Positions 31,889 to 40,182 of a stretch of DNA of 40,182 nucleotides are shown in pieces. How positions within the stretch are numbered: position 1 is the first letter of the stretch; every line of letters begins with the position of its first letter. Origin of the DNA: a virus; the IMG/VR virus record IMGVR_UViG_3300022690_000259, positions 1-40,182 of that record. One strand, written 5' to 3'. Position numbers and translations under genes: made by a program. Under the pieces are notes generated by a model. That model saw only the letters and a program-made list of their open reading frames with translations. It made no database searches and had not been told where the DNA came from.

Positions 31889-32418
31889 TGTGTGGTATTC
31901 TGGCCGTAGTAGGAGACTTTAGGTACGACAAAATACCCGACGCTTTAATAGAGCGTGGCCGGGACGGTCAAGGGGTATATGAAGACGAACACGTGCAGTT
32001 AATACAGACCCGTTTACAGATTACCGGCAATGATGAAATGAAACTACCTGTACAAACTGATACATGGGTACTATTATTTAATGGAGAGATATACAACTAC
32101 AAACTACTTAACAAGTTGTACCTGTACATGTACGATTTCAAGTACGATTCTGATTTCGAAACGGTATTATATGGGTTTGAGAAGTACGGATATAGCTTTA
32201 TAAACATGTTAGATGGTCAATTTGCCATATTCTTGTACAATAAAAAGACTCAACAGCACCATTTCTTTAGGGATGAACTAGCAATAAGGACGGTTTACAA
32301 GATGGAATACCAAGACAGCACTATTTATTCAAGTAATCTACGCTCATTACCAGCGATTAAGTTTAACAAATTCCCTACAAGGGGTTATGGAAATGTTACA
32401 AACGCAATTGAATTATGA
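31888..32418 (+). CDS. AsnB-type class II glutamine amidotransferase domain (N-terminal half of a split asparagine-synthetase-like enzyme)
   Basis: MCGI N-terminal nucleophile, with RLQITG, FNGEIYNY, SDFETVL, LDGQFAIFLYN and FFRDELAIRTVY all colinear with the AsnB GATase domain. TAATG-coupled start. Confidence 0.8.
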   Translation: MCGILAVVGDFRYDKIPDALIERGRDGQGVYEDEHVQLIQTRLQITGNDEMKLPVQTDTWVLLFNGEIYNYKLLNKLYLYMYDFKYDSDFETVLYGFEKYGYSFINMLDGQFAIFLYNKKTQQHHFFRDELAIRTVYKMEYQDSTIYSSNLRSLPAIKFNKFPTRGYGNVTNAIEL

Positions 32419-32557
32419 AGGTACGTATGGAAATGAAAAACCCCAGCTTTATAAACTGGCTTATAATTAAGTCTTGCAATTTTATGTTATGGTTTGCAGA
32501 GCTGGTATACGAGGGTAAAGAATTGGAAGAACAGCAAAAGGATTTAGTATCAACGGC

Positions 32558-33307
32558 ATGGAAAGCAATACGCTAAATTTTTATAACGACTTCAAGAAAG
32601 CAGTCAAGAAACGGACTGTTGATAATATGGCGGTGCCTGTATCGGGTGGTTTAGATTCTACTTTGATAGTTAAGGCGTTGTACGATAATGGTGATTTGGA
32701 AAGCTGTAAGAAACATCGTTTTTCATTCATAAATATGATGGACGGGCAAAGCCAGTATGTAAATAAATTATCAGAGACATACGGTATAAATATTCATAGA
32801 GTATTTCAAAGGCATTTAGATTGTCAGTTTGAAAACATGATTAGAATTTGGGAGGAACCATATTATGCATTGAGTATTAATTACTATCTATTTGATGTAA
32901 TTCGCGGAGCTGGTAAACGCGTCTGCATGTCAGGACTAGGAGCAGACGAACTATTCGGGGGTTACACATACTACAATACACCTGATTACCCACGCGGATT
33001 CATGGAGCCAATAGAAGCAGTAAGCAACGAGGCTAAGAAAAAACAAGATTTACACCTTCTCACCCATCATCATTTACGGAAAATGGATAAAATGGGAATG
33101 TATTTTGAGGTAGAAAGCCGCTACCCTTTTTTAGATACTGCAGTAAGAAAATATGAAGACGTTGGTAAATCGATGATCAAGGAAATACTGAGGGAAGATT
33201 TCGACGATGATTTTATCAATAGGCCAAAACAAGGGTTTAGGGCTGGCGTAAGCTCAAAGGAAATGTACTTGAAACAAATTAATTTATGGATTAAATTATT
33301 TGCGTAA
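32558..33307 (+). CDS. Asparagine-synthetase-type ATP-pyrophosphatase domain (C-terminal half of the split enzyme)
   Basis: PP-loop VPVSGGLDSTLIV, GLGADELFGGYTYY, LRKMDKMGMYFEVESRYPFLD and RPKQGF are colinear with the AsnB synthetase domain. It is in a different frame from the N-half. Confidence 0.8.
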   Translation: MESNTLNFYNDFKKAVKKRTVDNMAVPVSGGLDSTLIVKALYDNGDLESCKKHRFSFINMMDGQSQYVNKLSETYGINIHRVFQRHLDCQFENMIRIWEEPYYALSINYYLFDVIRGAGKRVCMSGLGADELFGGYTYYNTPDYPRGFMEPIEAVSNEAKKKQDLHLLTHHHLRKMDKMGMYFEVESRYPFLDTAVRKYEDVGKSMIKEILREDFDDDFINRPKQGFRAGVSSKEMYLKQINLWIKLFA

Positions 33308-33534
33308 TGGATGATTATCATAAAAAATTAGATGAATTAATATCTAAAGTTGATAACGGGAAACAGAAGTATAAAAAATCTCCGCTATTCAATAAGGTTG
33401 TTAATTGCTTGGCGTATAAACATGAGCCAATACAAATAATGAGTGATTTAATAGATATTATTGAGACTCAACAAGATGAATTTGAGAAATATCAACAAGG
33501 CGATACAAGGCCGATTTTAATTAAAACTATATGA
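33307..33534 (+). CDS. Hypothetical protein
   Basis: 75 aa with a TAATG-coupled start. Confidence 0.5.
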   Translation: MDDYHKKLDELISKVDNGKQKYKKSPLFNKVVNCLAYKHEPIQIMSDLIDIIETQQDEFEKYQQGDTRPILIKTI

Positions 33535-34310
33535 AATTAGGAATATTCTACACAATTTACAACGGTACTGAATTACTCAATGGAGCAATAAAACAAATTG
33601 AACCTTACGTTGACGTAATACTATTGCACTATCAAACAACCTCCCACCGAGGCCATAAATCAGATGAATTCGTAAGGTGGTACGAAGCCAATGAGAAAAA
33701 ATTGAGTAAAAAAATCAGGATACTCAAATATGAGCCTATCGAAGATTGGCAGGCCACGAAAAAAAATGAGCGAATCAAACATAATAAGGCTATCGATCTG
33801 CTACGAAGAGAGAATTGCACTCACTTTATAATGGGCGCGTGTGATCATTATTACAACCCACACGAATTCAAAGCAGCAAAGGAATATCTAATTGAAAATC
33901 CTTTCGATGTTACCTGGACTAAAATGTTCACATATTATAAAAACCCAACTTGGCAATTAACACCATTGGAGAATTATTGCATGCCGTTTATTAACAAATT
34001 AACGGATGAAACGCGGATTTGTAGCCGCTTTCCTGTACGAGTTGACCCATCCTGTGGAATTGCTCCGTATAAAACTTCTAAAGGTTTTGACCCAAAAGTC
34101 TTAATTTTACATCACTTCACCATGATTAGGCAGGATATTCGAAACAAGTTCGTTAATGCAGCCGCCGGCGTAAATTGGGCGAATAAAATAGAAGAATTTA
34201 TCAAAGAGTACGAAAATTACGATATTAAAGTAAATCCAGGTGTGAAGTATTTTAGTGGCGACGGCAACATAAGAAAAATTAAACAAGTGCCAAATTGGTT
34301 TAATATATGA
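33531..34310 (+). CDS. Putative GT-A-like glycosyltransferase (weak)
   Basis: The N-terminal beta strand LGIFYTIYNG..., a mid-protein acidic segment (GACDHYY) and the 259-aa size fit a GT-A-like layout. The call is tentative. ATGA-coupled at both ends. Confidence 0.3.
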   Translation: MKLGIFYTIYNGTELLNGAIKQIEPYVDVILLHYQTTSHRGHKSDEFVRWYEANEKKLSKKIRILKYEPIEDWQATKKNERIKHNKAIDLLRRENCTHFIMGACDHYYNPHEFKAAKEYLIENPFDVTWTKMFTYYKNPTWQLTPLENYCMPFINKLTDETRICSRFPVRVDPSCGIAPYKTSKGFDPKVLILHHFTMIRQDIRNKFVNAAAGVNWANKIEEFIKEYENYDIKVNPGVKYFSGDGNIRKIKQVPNWFNI

Positions 34311-34786
34311 GTCAGGTAGATGATATAAAAGCAGAATTTGAAACAATTGCCAACGCTCAAGTTGGAATCGAAACATTTAAATACGATTATCCTTCTGCTA
34401 AAAATGTATTTGCAGACGTGCCATACCCTGTTTTAATGTTACACACCATCACGGAAGCGGCGTTTACTCCTCAGAAAAAAGGCTATAAGAATTACAATAT
34501 AGTATTTGGCGTTTACTCTGAATATCTTGAAGCGGAAAAGGATAGTACTGAACGTTCAGTAAAGCAGGCTAAACTGGAAACATTAGGCGATCACTTTTTA
34601 ATAGAATTTGACGCCAGGGCACAAGATCAAACGGCCGGTAATTGGTTTAGATTAGTGGGTGCAGCTGAGGTATTACCCACAACAGAATGGATTGAAAACA
34701 TGGGTGATGCAAGAGTGTACGCCTATGAGATAAGTTTTATTTTACAAGTTCCTAGCGAATGCACGACGGGAACGTTTAATTATTAG
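34307..34786 (+). CDS. Neck / tail-completion-like protein (by position)
   Basis: 159 aa with an ATGA-coupled start, upstream of the gp10-like gene. No motif proof. Confidence 0.45.
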   Translation: MSQVDDIKAEFETIANAQVGIETFKYDYPSAKNVFADVPYPVLMLHTITEAAFTPQKKGYKNYNIVFGVYSEYLEAEKDSTERSVKQAKLETLGDHFLIEFDARAQDQTAGNWFRLVGAAEVLPTTEWIENMGDARVYAYEISFILQVPSECTTGTFNY

Positions 34787-34789
34787 ATT

Positions 34790-34969
34790 ATGCCAACGAG
34801 AAGCGATAAATTATATAACGAAGGAATATCGAATGTAAAGGATACTAATGAGCTGTATAAACTATTTGATTCAGCCCCTCCACCTCCGTTTATGCACTTT
34901 ATACCTACTAATACTTTAAAACCAAACAACTATATTACTGAGCCTGTAGAGGAATTAAAAGAAGAATAA
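34790..34969 (+). CDS. Small hypothetical protein (59 aa, not in ORF track)
   Basis: Manual translation: MPTRSDKLYNEGISNVKDTNELYKLFDSAPPPPFMHFIPTNTLKPNNYITEPVEELKEE. Its stop overlaps the next start (TAATG). Confidence 0.45.
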   Translation: MPTRSDKLYNEGISNVKDTNELYKLFDSAPPPPFMHFIPTNTLKPNNYITEPVEELKEE

Positions 34970-35499
34970 TGGCACTGGACGCAGCTAAAATAGTATACAA
35001 AAAATTAGCGGAGGAGCTTCTACTTTTGGAGGCTCAGGAAATAATTAACCAAGGACATAAAGCAACGGGCTCATTAATTAACACTTTAAAAAATCCAGTG
35101 GTCCCAATACTTGGCGGAATTTCAATAGAGGGTAAAATGAATCAATATGGTTTGGCGCTCGAAAAGAAGCGGCAACCAGGTAAGCCACCTCCAGTTTCAG
35201 TGCTAATAAAATGGATTAAAACGAAAGGAATAACCAACACTGACAGAACAACACGGCAAATAGCATTTGCTATTCAGGAAGCGATAAGAAGGGAGGGCGT
35301 ACCGACAACTGGCCGTAAAACTCCAAACGGCAAAGGCTCGTTTAGGTTTTCAAAAGTGGGCCGCCGAACGGGATGGATAACGCAAACACTAAAAGAAGCT
35401 GAGGGGCTGATTGAAAAAAGAACATTTGAGGCGGTAGGAGTAGAGGCGGAAGTAGCAATAAATAATATTGTAAGGGACTTTAAAAAGAATTTGAACTAA
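34969..35499 (+). CDS. HK97-gp10-like head-tail joining protein (putative)
   Basis: IINQGHKATGSLINTL resembles the gp10-family (d)TG.L..S motif. Size is 176 aa. Confidence 0.4.
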   Translation: MALDAAKIVYKKLAEELLLLEAQEIINQGHKATGSLINTLKNPVVPILGGISIEGKMNQYGLALEKKRQPGKPPPVSVLIKWIKTKGITNTDRTTRQIAFAIQEAIRREGVPTTGRKTPNGKGSFRFSKVGRRTGWITQTLKEAEGLIEKRTFEAVGVEAEVAINNIVRDFKKNLN

Positions 35500-37085
35500 T
35501 GGCAATAACGGAAGATTCAACACCAAGCAACCCTATATCATTAGGCCGACAAGTATCATATACTGTTAGTTCTAATGATATTGATATTGTTAGGATGAAG
35601 GGAAGTGTTGATATTGATTCAAGCGCGGTTATAATTTTAGATCCAGATATAGGAGAAACGAATGAATTCACCTTTGATTTTCAAACGATCGTCGAAAGGA
35701 ATTTAGGCGGATATATGACCGTTGAAGAGGGCGGTCATGGAATGCCAGTGCTTGACGCGTGGACTTTATTGGATGCCGACGAAGCATTTTTTGATATAAT
35801 ACCCACATTTATTGAGTTGGTTGGTACTGTGGGAGGTGGATTGGTTGAGGCAGATAATTTAGTAGGCTCAACGACAGCTGTAATTAATGCATTTTTAGCG
35901 CGTGAACAATCGCAAAATATGAATGAGTTTAATCTTAACGCTCCATTAAGGCGATTTTTAACCAATAATAGTCCTAATTCGGTGTTTCCAATTACCTCAA
36001 GAAATATAAGATTAACTGATAACGCTTGGTTAAGTGGGTATACCACGAATTCAGCCGCTACAATATTGCTTGAGGTAGCAGTTACCAATACCAGCAACGT
36101 AACAACCGTTTCATTTATTGACTTGGTTGATCTGCAAAATGCAGATCGTGGAGATATACCGGTTGGCCCTATAAATTTAAATGCCGCAACTTTAACCGGA
36201 GATTCGGAAGGCTCGCAGCCTATTATTAATTCAACCACCAAAAGTTATACTGTAACAGTAGTTGGTAGAGGAAATGAGCAAGTAACAAATGGCGACTTTT
36301 CAAGTTCTACGGGGTGGACTTTAGGCGGATCATGGGTCATTGCCGGAGGCGTTGCAACTAATGGCCCTACCTCCACATCGAGCGACATATTAAAACGGAC
36401 ATTATCATTAAGTACAAACACTGAATATTTTTTTTCAATAGATAAAGTTTCACATGGCGGTGATTTTTGGACATTGGATGTTGATTTTGACAACACCAAT
36501 ATAATAAGTTTCACTAGTGGCAACTCAAACAAAAAATATTTCAGGACACTGAACACGGCGGGCTCAATTTCTAACCAGGATATTGAATTAAATTTCAAAG
36601 ATGCCAGTGGGGCCACTATTACAATGGATAATGTTTCTATAACACAACGCTCTGTATTATCTGAAACAATAACTTTCGAGCTTTACGACAGATGCTTCAA
36701 TAAAGAGGTTGTCTTTTTTTGGGAGAATAGATTCGGCGGGTTGGATGGTCCTTTTGTATTTCAAACAGAAGAGAGAGGCATTACTGTCGATAAAAAAACA
36801 TATATCAAACCTCTAACTAATAATTTTACAACTCAAAGTAGAGGGCGTACAACAATAGGAGGCGAATCTAATACACCATTCAGTGCATTTTCCACAGCTT
36901 TAAAAGACAATGAATTAATATGGTTAGAGGAAATTTTTGAGGATAGGCTAACGTTTATTTTAGTCAATGGGGAATTTATACCAGTAACAGTAACTAGAAA
37001 TTCGGCTAAAACTGTTCAGGAAGGATTGAACCAATTAAGAATTGATTATACATACGCAAACAACAGGATAATTTTAGGGAAATAA
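35499..37085 (+). CDS. Tail/baseplate structural protein with a CBM-like beta-sandwich segment
   Basis: 528 aa. VTNGDFSSSTGWTLGGSW resembles the NG.FE.G...W opening of CBM4/9-type jelly-rolls. TAATG-coupled to both neighbours. Confidence 0.5.
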   Translation: MAITEDSTPSNPISLGRQVSYTVSSNDIDIVRMKGSVDIDSSAVIILDPDIGETNEFTFDFQTIVERNLGGYMTVEEGGHGMPVLDAWTLLDADEAFFDIIPTFIELVGTVGGGLVEADNLVGSTTAVINAFLAREQSQNMNEFNLNAPLRRFLTNNSPNSVFPITSRNIRLTDNAWLSGYTTNSAATILLEVAVTNTSNVTTVSFIDLVDLQNADRGDIPVGPINLNAATLTGDSEGSQPIINSTTKSYTVTVVGRGNEQVTNGDFSSSTGWTLGGSWVIAGGVATNGPTSTSSDILKRTLSLSTNTEYFFSIDKVSHGGDFWTLDVDFDNTNIISFTSGNSNKKYFRTLNTAGSISNQDIELNFKDASGATITMDNVSITQRSVLSETITFELYDRCFNKEVVFFWENRFGGLDGPFVFQTEERGITVDKKTYIKPLTNNFTTQSRGRTTIGGESNTPFSAFSTALKDNELIWLEEIFEDRLTFILVNGEFIPVTVTRNSAKTVQEGLNQLRIDYTYANNRIILGK

Positions 37086-39427
37086 TGAGTGTAACAGTTG
37101 AAATAAGAGACAGCGCCAATAATTTAGAAGGCATTTTGGAGGTGAAAGACTCCATTAGCTTTCCCCTGTCTTTAAATTACGGAGTTGCTGACATCAAAAA
37201 CGCCACACCATCAAACAAACGTTACCGAGGTGGTAGTTTTTCACGAACTTTTGAGGTTGCAGGATCTCAAGCGAACGACCAACTTTTACAACATATCTAC
37301 GACACCAATATAGAAGATAGCAAAGATGTTAAAGCCAAAAAAGATTGCGTCGTCAAGATTGATGGAGCGCCATATTTAAGGGGTGGTTTTAAGGTTAATA
37401 ACATTGAAACAGAGGCGGGTGTAAAAACATATCAATGTGTGGTAACCGGCGATAATACCGTGTGGGTTGATTTATTTAACCAGCTTAAACTAGATGAATT
37501 AGATTGGGGGAGCCATACTTTTGATATTCTTACAATTGAAAATAGCTGGACGGCCAGTAATCTTGATTACTATTATCCATTCACAAATTACGGGCGATGG
37601 ACTCAGGGAGATAATATAACGGTCGAAGACTTACGGCCAATGATATTTTTTAAGTCAATGATTGATAAGGCTTTTTCAAGCATAGGTTATAAAGTTGAAA
37701 GCACATTTTTTAACACAAATCAATTCAAAAAAATAGGCAGGTTATTTACTGGCACTGGATTTAAACACGACGAAGATACCTTGGCGGCTAATAAATTCAA
37801 GGCTACCAAAACCAGTGATCAAGTAGTAAGCTTTGGTGCAAAAGCTTTCAATGTGCCATTATTTGGGTTGATCGATCCTATCCAATTTGAAACCAGCGAC
37901 AATGCAATATTTAACCCTGCAACTGAGAAATTTACGGTAGACGAACAAGGGAAATATGATTTTGAAATTTCTCTTAACATCCAAGCTAAACAACAAGCGC
38001 CCGATACTATGTTTTTTCAGCTTATAAAAAACGGTTTTATACTGGAAGAAATAGAAATATTCTTCTCAAATGGCACTTCAACAAGTACACCAGGGTTTAG
38101 TTCGGTGAGCGATTTAATTGTACAAACCGGTGAATTTGATTTAATTACAGGTGATGAAATAACATTTGGTTATCGTTTTGAGTATGGAAGCATAACAATA
38201 AAAGCAATTCCAGATATTGAAATTACAATACAGATAGGCACCTTCGCCGGCAACCAATTGAGCCCACAATTTATAAACGGGGTTATAATCGATCTTGCAA
38301 AGCAATTGCCAGATACGCCAATTATTAATTTTATCAATGGCCTTACTCATGAATTTAACCTGTATTGGAAAACCAACGTCGCAGAAAGAAAAATAAGAGT
38401 AGAGCCATTTGGTGATTGGGTGGATTTAGACAACGATACTCAAATAGGTTTTTACAAAAGCATACCAAATGCTAATAATTTCACCCTTGATTTTGACGCA
38501 AGTAAAAAACATAAAGTAACATTCCTGAGCGATTACAAACGAGAGTTGAGATATCGATACAAAGACGATACAAAGGATGTCTTTTTAACCAAGATTAACA
38601 ACGCAGAAAATGAAAGCTTTGGCAGTTACAAACATACATTTTCAGATAGATTTACCGAGGGCGAACAGGAAAGTATCAACCCTACATTTGCTTTTACTTA
38701 TTACATAACAGATAGATCTGTGGCTCGTAATAGTTTAGCCACTGACGCGCCATTATTAGGTAGGTTGTGGGGCGAGCAAAAAGTAAACGGAGAGCCGCCA
38801 ACGTTTGACACTGACTTCGAAGAGAGGATAGTATACAAAAACTTTGCAGCTCAAGGCGGAAATGAGGTAAAATGGGAGGGGAATTTTATATCAGTCATTC
38901 CAACAGCTTTAAGTTATGGCGACCGATCGACAGATTTAGATTTGAAGTTTAATGGCAATTTAGGATTGGTGAAAACTTTCTACGGTTCGCAATTAAGCGT
39001 AATCGAAAAAGGTATTTTACTAAACGCCTTCTTTAATCTGAGTGAGTCAAACGTGTTAAGATTGGAAAATGGCGATTTAATAAGAGAGCCTTTATATTTG
39101 AGTGATCCGGTGGAGCTCAAAGGCTACTGGTTAATTAATCAAATTACCGATGTAACGCCGCAAGATCCAGGCACTTATAAATTTGAATTGGTAAAGTTTG
39201 AGAATAAAACTCCTCTGACAATAGATGAAGATCAAAGTGGAGGTATTGGCGACGGTGATTTTGGTGAGGATAAAATATTTTCACCTGGTTTAGAAACCGG
39301 AGGGAATAAAGACGACATCGACGTGTTTGCCGAAATAACTTTAAGCGGTGAAAACACCGCGTATTTACATGTTACCATTTTGAATACAGATACAAATTTA
39401 ATCGAACCAGTCACAATACCAGGATAA
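37085..39427 (+). CDS. Large tail/baseplate structural protein
   Basis: 780 aa, beta-rich. Its stop overlaps the tape-measure start (TAATG at 39425-39429). Confidence 0.5.
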   Translation: MSVTVEIRDSANNLEGILEVKDSISFPLSLNYGVADIKNATPSNKRYRGGSFSRTFEVAGSQANDQLLQHIYDTNIEDSKDVKAKKDCVVKIDGAPYLRGGFKVNNIETEAGVKTYQCVVTGDNTVWVDLFNQLKLDELDWGSHTFDILTIENSWTASNLDYYYPFTNYGRWTQGDNITVEDLRPMIFFKSMIDKAFSSIGYKVESTFFNTNQFKKIGRLFTGTGFKHDEDTLAANKFKATKTSDQVVSFGAKAFNVPLFGLIDPIQFETSDNAIFNPATEKFTVDEQGKYDFEISLNIQAKQQAPDTMFFQLIKNGFILEEIEIFFSNGTSTSTPGFSSVSDLIVQTGEFDLITGDEITFGYRFEYGSITIKAIPDIEITIQIGTFAGNQLSPQFINGVIIDLAKQLPDTPIINFINGLTHEFNLYWKTNVAERKIRVEPFGDWVDLDNDTQIGFYKSIPNANNFTLDFDASKKHKVTFLSDYKRELRYRYKDDTKDVFLTKINNAENESFGSYKHTFSDRFTEGEQESINPTFAFTYYITDRSVARNSLATDAPLLGRLWGEQKVNGEPPTFDTDFEERIVYKNFAAQGGNEVKWEGNFISVIPTALSYGDRSTDLDLKFNGNLGLVKTFYGSQLSVIEKGILLNAFFNLSESNVLRLENGDLIREPLYLSDPVELKGYWLINQITDVTPQDPGTYKFELVKFENKTPLTIDEDQSGGIGDGDFGEDKIFSPGLETGGNKDDIDVFAEITLSGENTAYLHVTILNTDTNLIEPVTIPG

Positions 39428-40182
39428 TGGCAACGCAAGTAGTAGGTTTTAAGATTGAGTTACAGGGCGACGACGAGTTAAGCAATAGCATACTTGACTT
39501 AAATAAACAGCTTAAGGCATTAACCGACCGAAAAAAAGAGCTTGACAAAGAACTTAAAAGCGGATCAGCTGGTAAAACAGCTGAGGAAATGGCAAAGCTC
39601 GAAAAAGAGATTGTCGAAGTGGGGCTTTCCATCAAGGAAACAAGGGGTGAGTTAGGCAAACAACAAAAAGATTTTCTTAAAATACGTGGTGCAATTGAGG
39701 CCACAAGCGGAAGTTACAACGATTTAGTAAAAAGAAATCAGGCATTACGGGCTGAATTAAAAGCTCTACCAAGTGCATTTGATAAAACCAATAAAAAGGC
39801 CAATGAGCTTAAGAAGGAAATATCAGGCGTAACCACAGAGTTAAAACAATTCGATAAAGAATTAGGTGATAGTTTTAGAGATGTCGGTAACTACGGCAAG
39901 GCCATTGACGGGTTGGCAGATAAACTCAAAGGATTAAATTTAAGTCAAGGCGGTGCAAATATCAATCTAAGTAGCGCCGGTGGTATTCTGCAAAGTGTCA
40001 TACCTCAGATTTCAAAATTTGGCGGCGCAATTGGAATAGCAGCCGGTGCAATTGTAGTTGGCGCAGGTTTGGCAACCGATGCCTTACTTGATTTAACCAA
40101 AGAAATAAACAAATCTAACTCCGAGGTAACTAAATTATTTCAAGTCACGGGCGAGGAATTACAAAAACTTAGCGCGGGCATT
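39427..40182 (+). CDS. Tail tape measure protein, N-terminal part (open to window end; continues at 1..2244)
   Basis: Manual translation: MATQVVGFKIELQGDDELSNSILDLNKQLKALTDRKKELDKELKSGSAGKTAEEMAKLEKEI... I saw no stop before the window end. Coiled-coil composition. It is absent from the ORF track because it is open-ended. Confidence 0.75.
   Translation, partial: MATQVVGFKIELQGDDELSNSILDLNKQLKALTDRKKELDKELKSGSAGKTAEEMAKLEKEIVEVGLSIKETRGELGKQQKDFLKIRGAIEATSGSYNDLVKRNQALRAELKALPSAFDKTNKKANELKKEISGVTTELKQFDKELGDSFRDVGNYGKAIDGLADKLKGLNLSQGGANINLSSAGGILQSVIPQISKFGGAIGIAAGAIVVGAGLATDALLDLTKEINKSNSEVTKLFQVTGEELQKLSAGI
40039..40182. repeat. Terminal direct repeat, copy 2 (identical to 1..144)
   Basis: Same comparison as copy 1. 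The repeat lies inside the tape-measure reading frame. Confidence 0.95.

Noticed and set aside
144-39704. All minus-strand ORFs in the track (for example 144..539, 837..1304, 1550..1777, 4214..4450, 9330..9821, 15985..16326, 17986..18294, 35735..36241, 36245..36616, 39411..39704)
   Set aside because: Each is nested antisense inside a longer + strand gene that has recognisable protein features or tight operon coupling. Their translations are low-complexity (Ser/Leu/Ile/Phe-rich), typical of shadow ORFs in AT-rich DNA, and none occupies an intergenic gap.

Overview
The window is one complete unit of a roughly 40 kb AT-rich tailed-phage genome. Positions 1-144 are identical to 40039-40182, so the unit is 40,038 bp, either circular or circularly permuted. 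The junction falls inside the tape-measure gene (39427..40182 continues in frame into 1..2244). Every credible gene is on the + strand. Genes are tightly tiled, with many ATGA/TAATG stop-start overlaps and A/T-rich leaders lacking Shine-Dalgarno motifs, which suggests a Bacteroidota-type host (inference only). Module order: tape measure (end), prohead protease-scaffold, major capsid, portal, tail fibre (0-11.7 kb); early region with Cro/CI-like HTH, exonuclease/NinB/NinG recombination genes, putative replication genes, a methyltransferase-fold protein, two non-canonical tRNA-like genes and many small ORFs (11.8-23.7 kb); small and large terminase (23.8-25.7 kb); a tail-chaperone-like gene pair with a T9 slippery run (26.9-27.8 kb); a 6.3 kb glycan-tailoring island (28.0-34.3 kb); neck, tail and baseplate genes, then the tape-measure start (34.3-40.2 kb). 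The island is the most unusual content: GT-A-like glycosyltransferases, a sulfotransferase-like protein, a truncated LpxA-like acyltransferase and an AsnB-like amidotransferase split over two ORFs, all translationally coupled into the late operon. Other points worth a second look: a probable -1 programmed frameshift; a 27-bp out-of-frame DNA repeat inside a putative replication gene (candidate origin iterons); a 500-bp-spaced duplication of a small membrane-protein cassette; an 11-bp tandem motif at two early-region leaders; a structured 160-nt intergenic region; and about ten sub-60-aa coupled ORFs missing from the ORF track. I recognised no integrase, DNA polymerase, primase/helicase or endolysin by eye. 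All functional calls come from motif recognition in the translations, without database searches.
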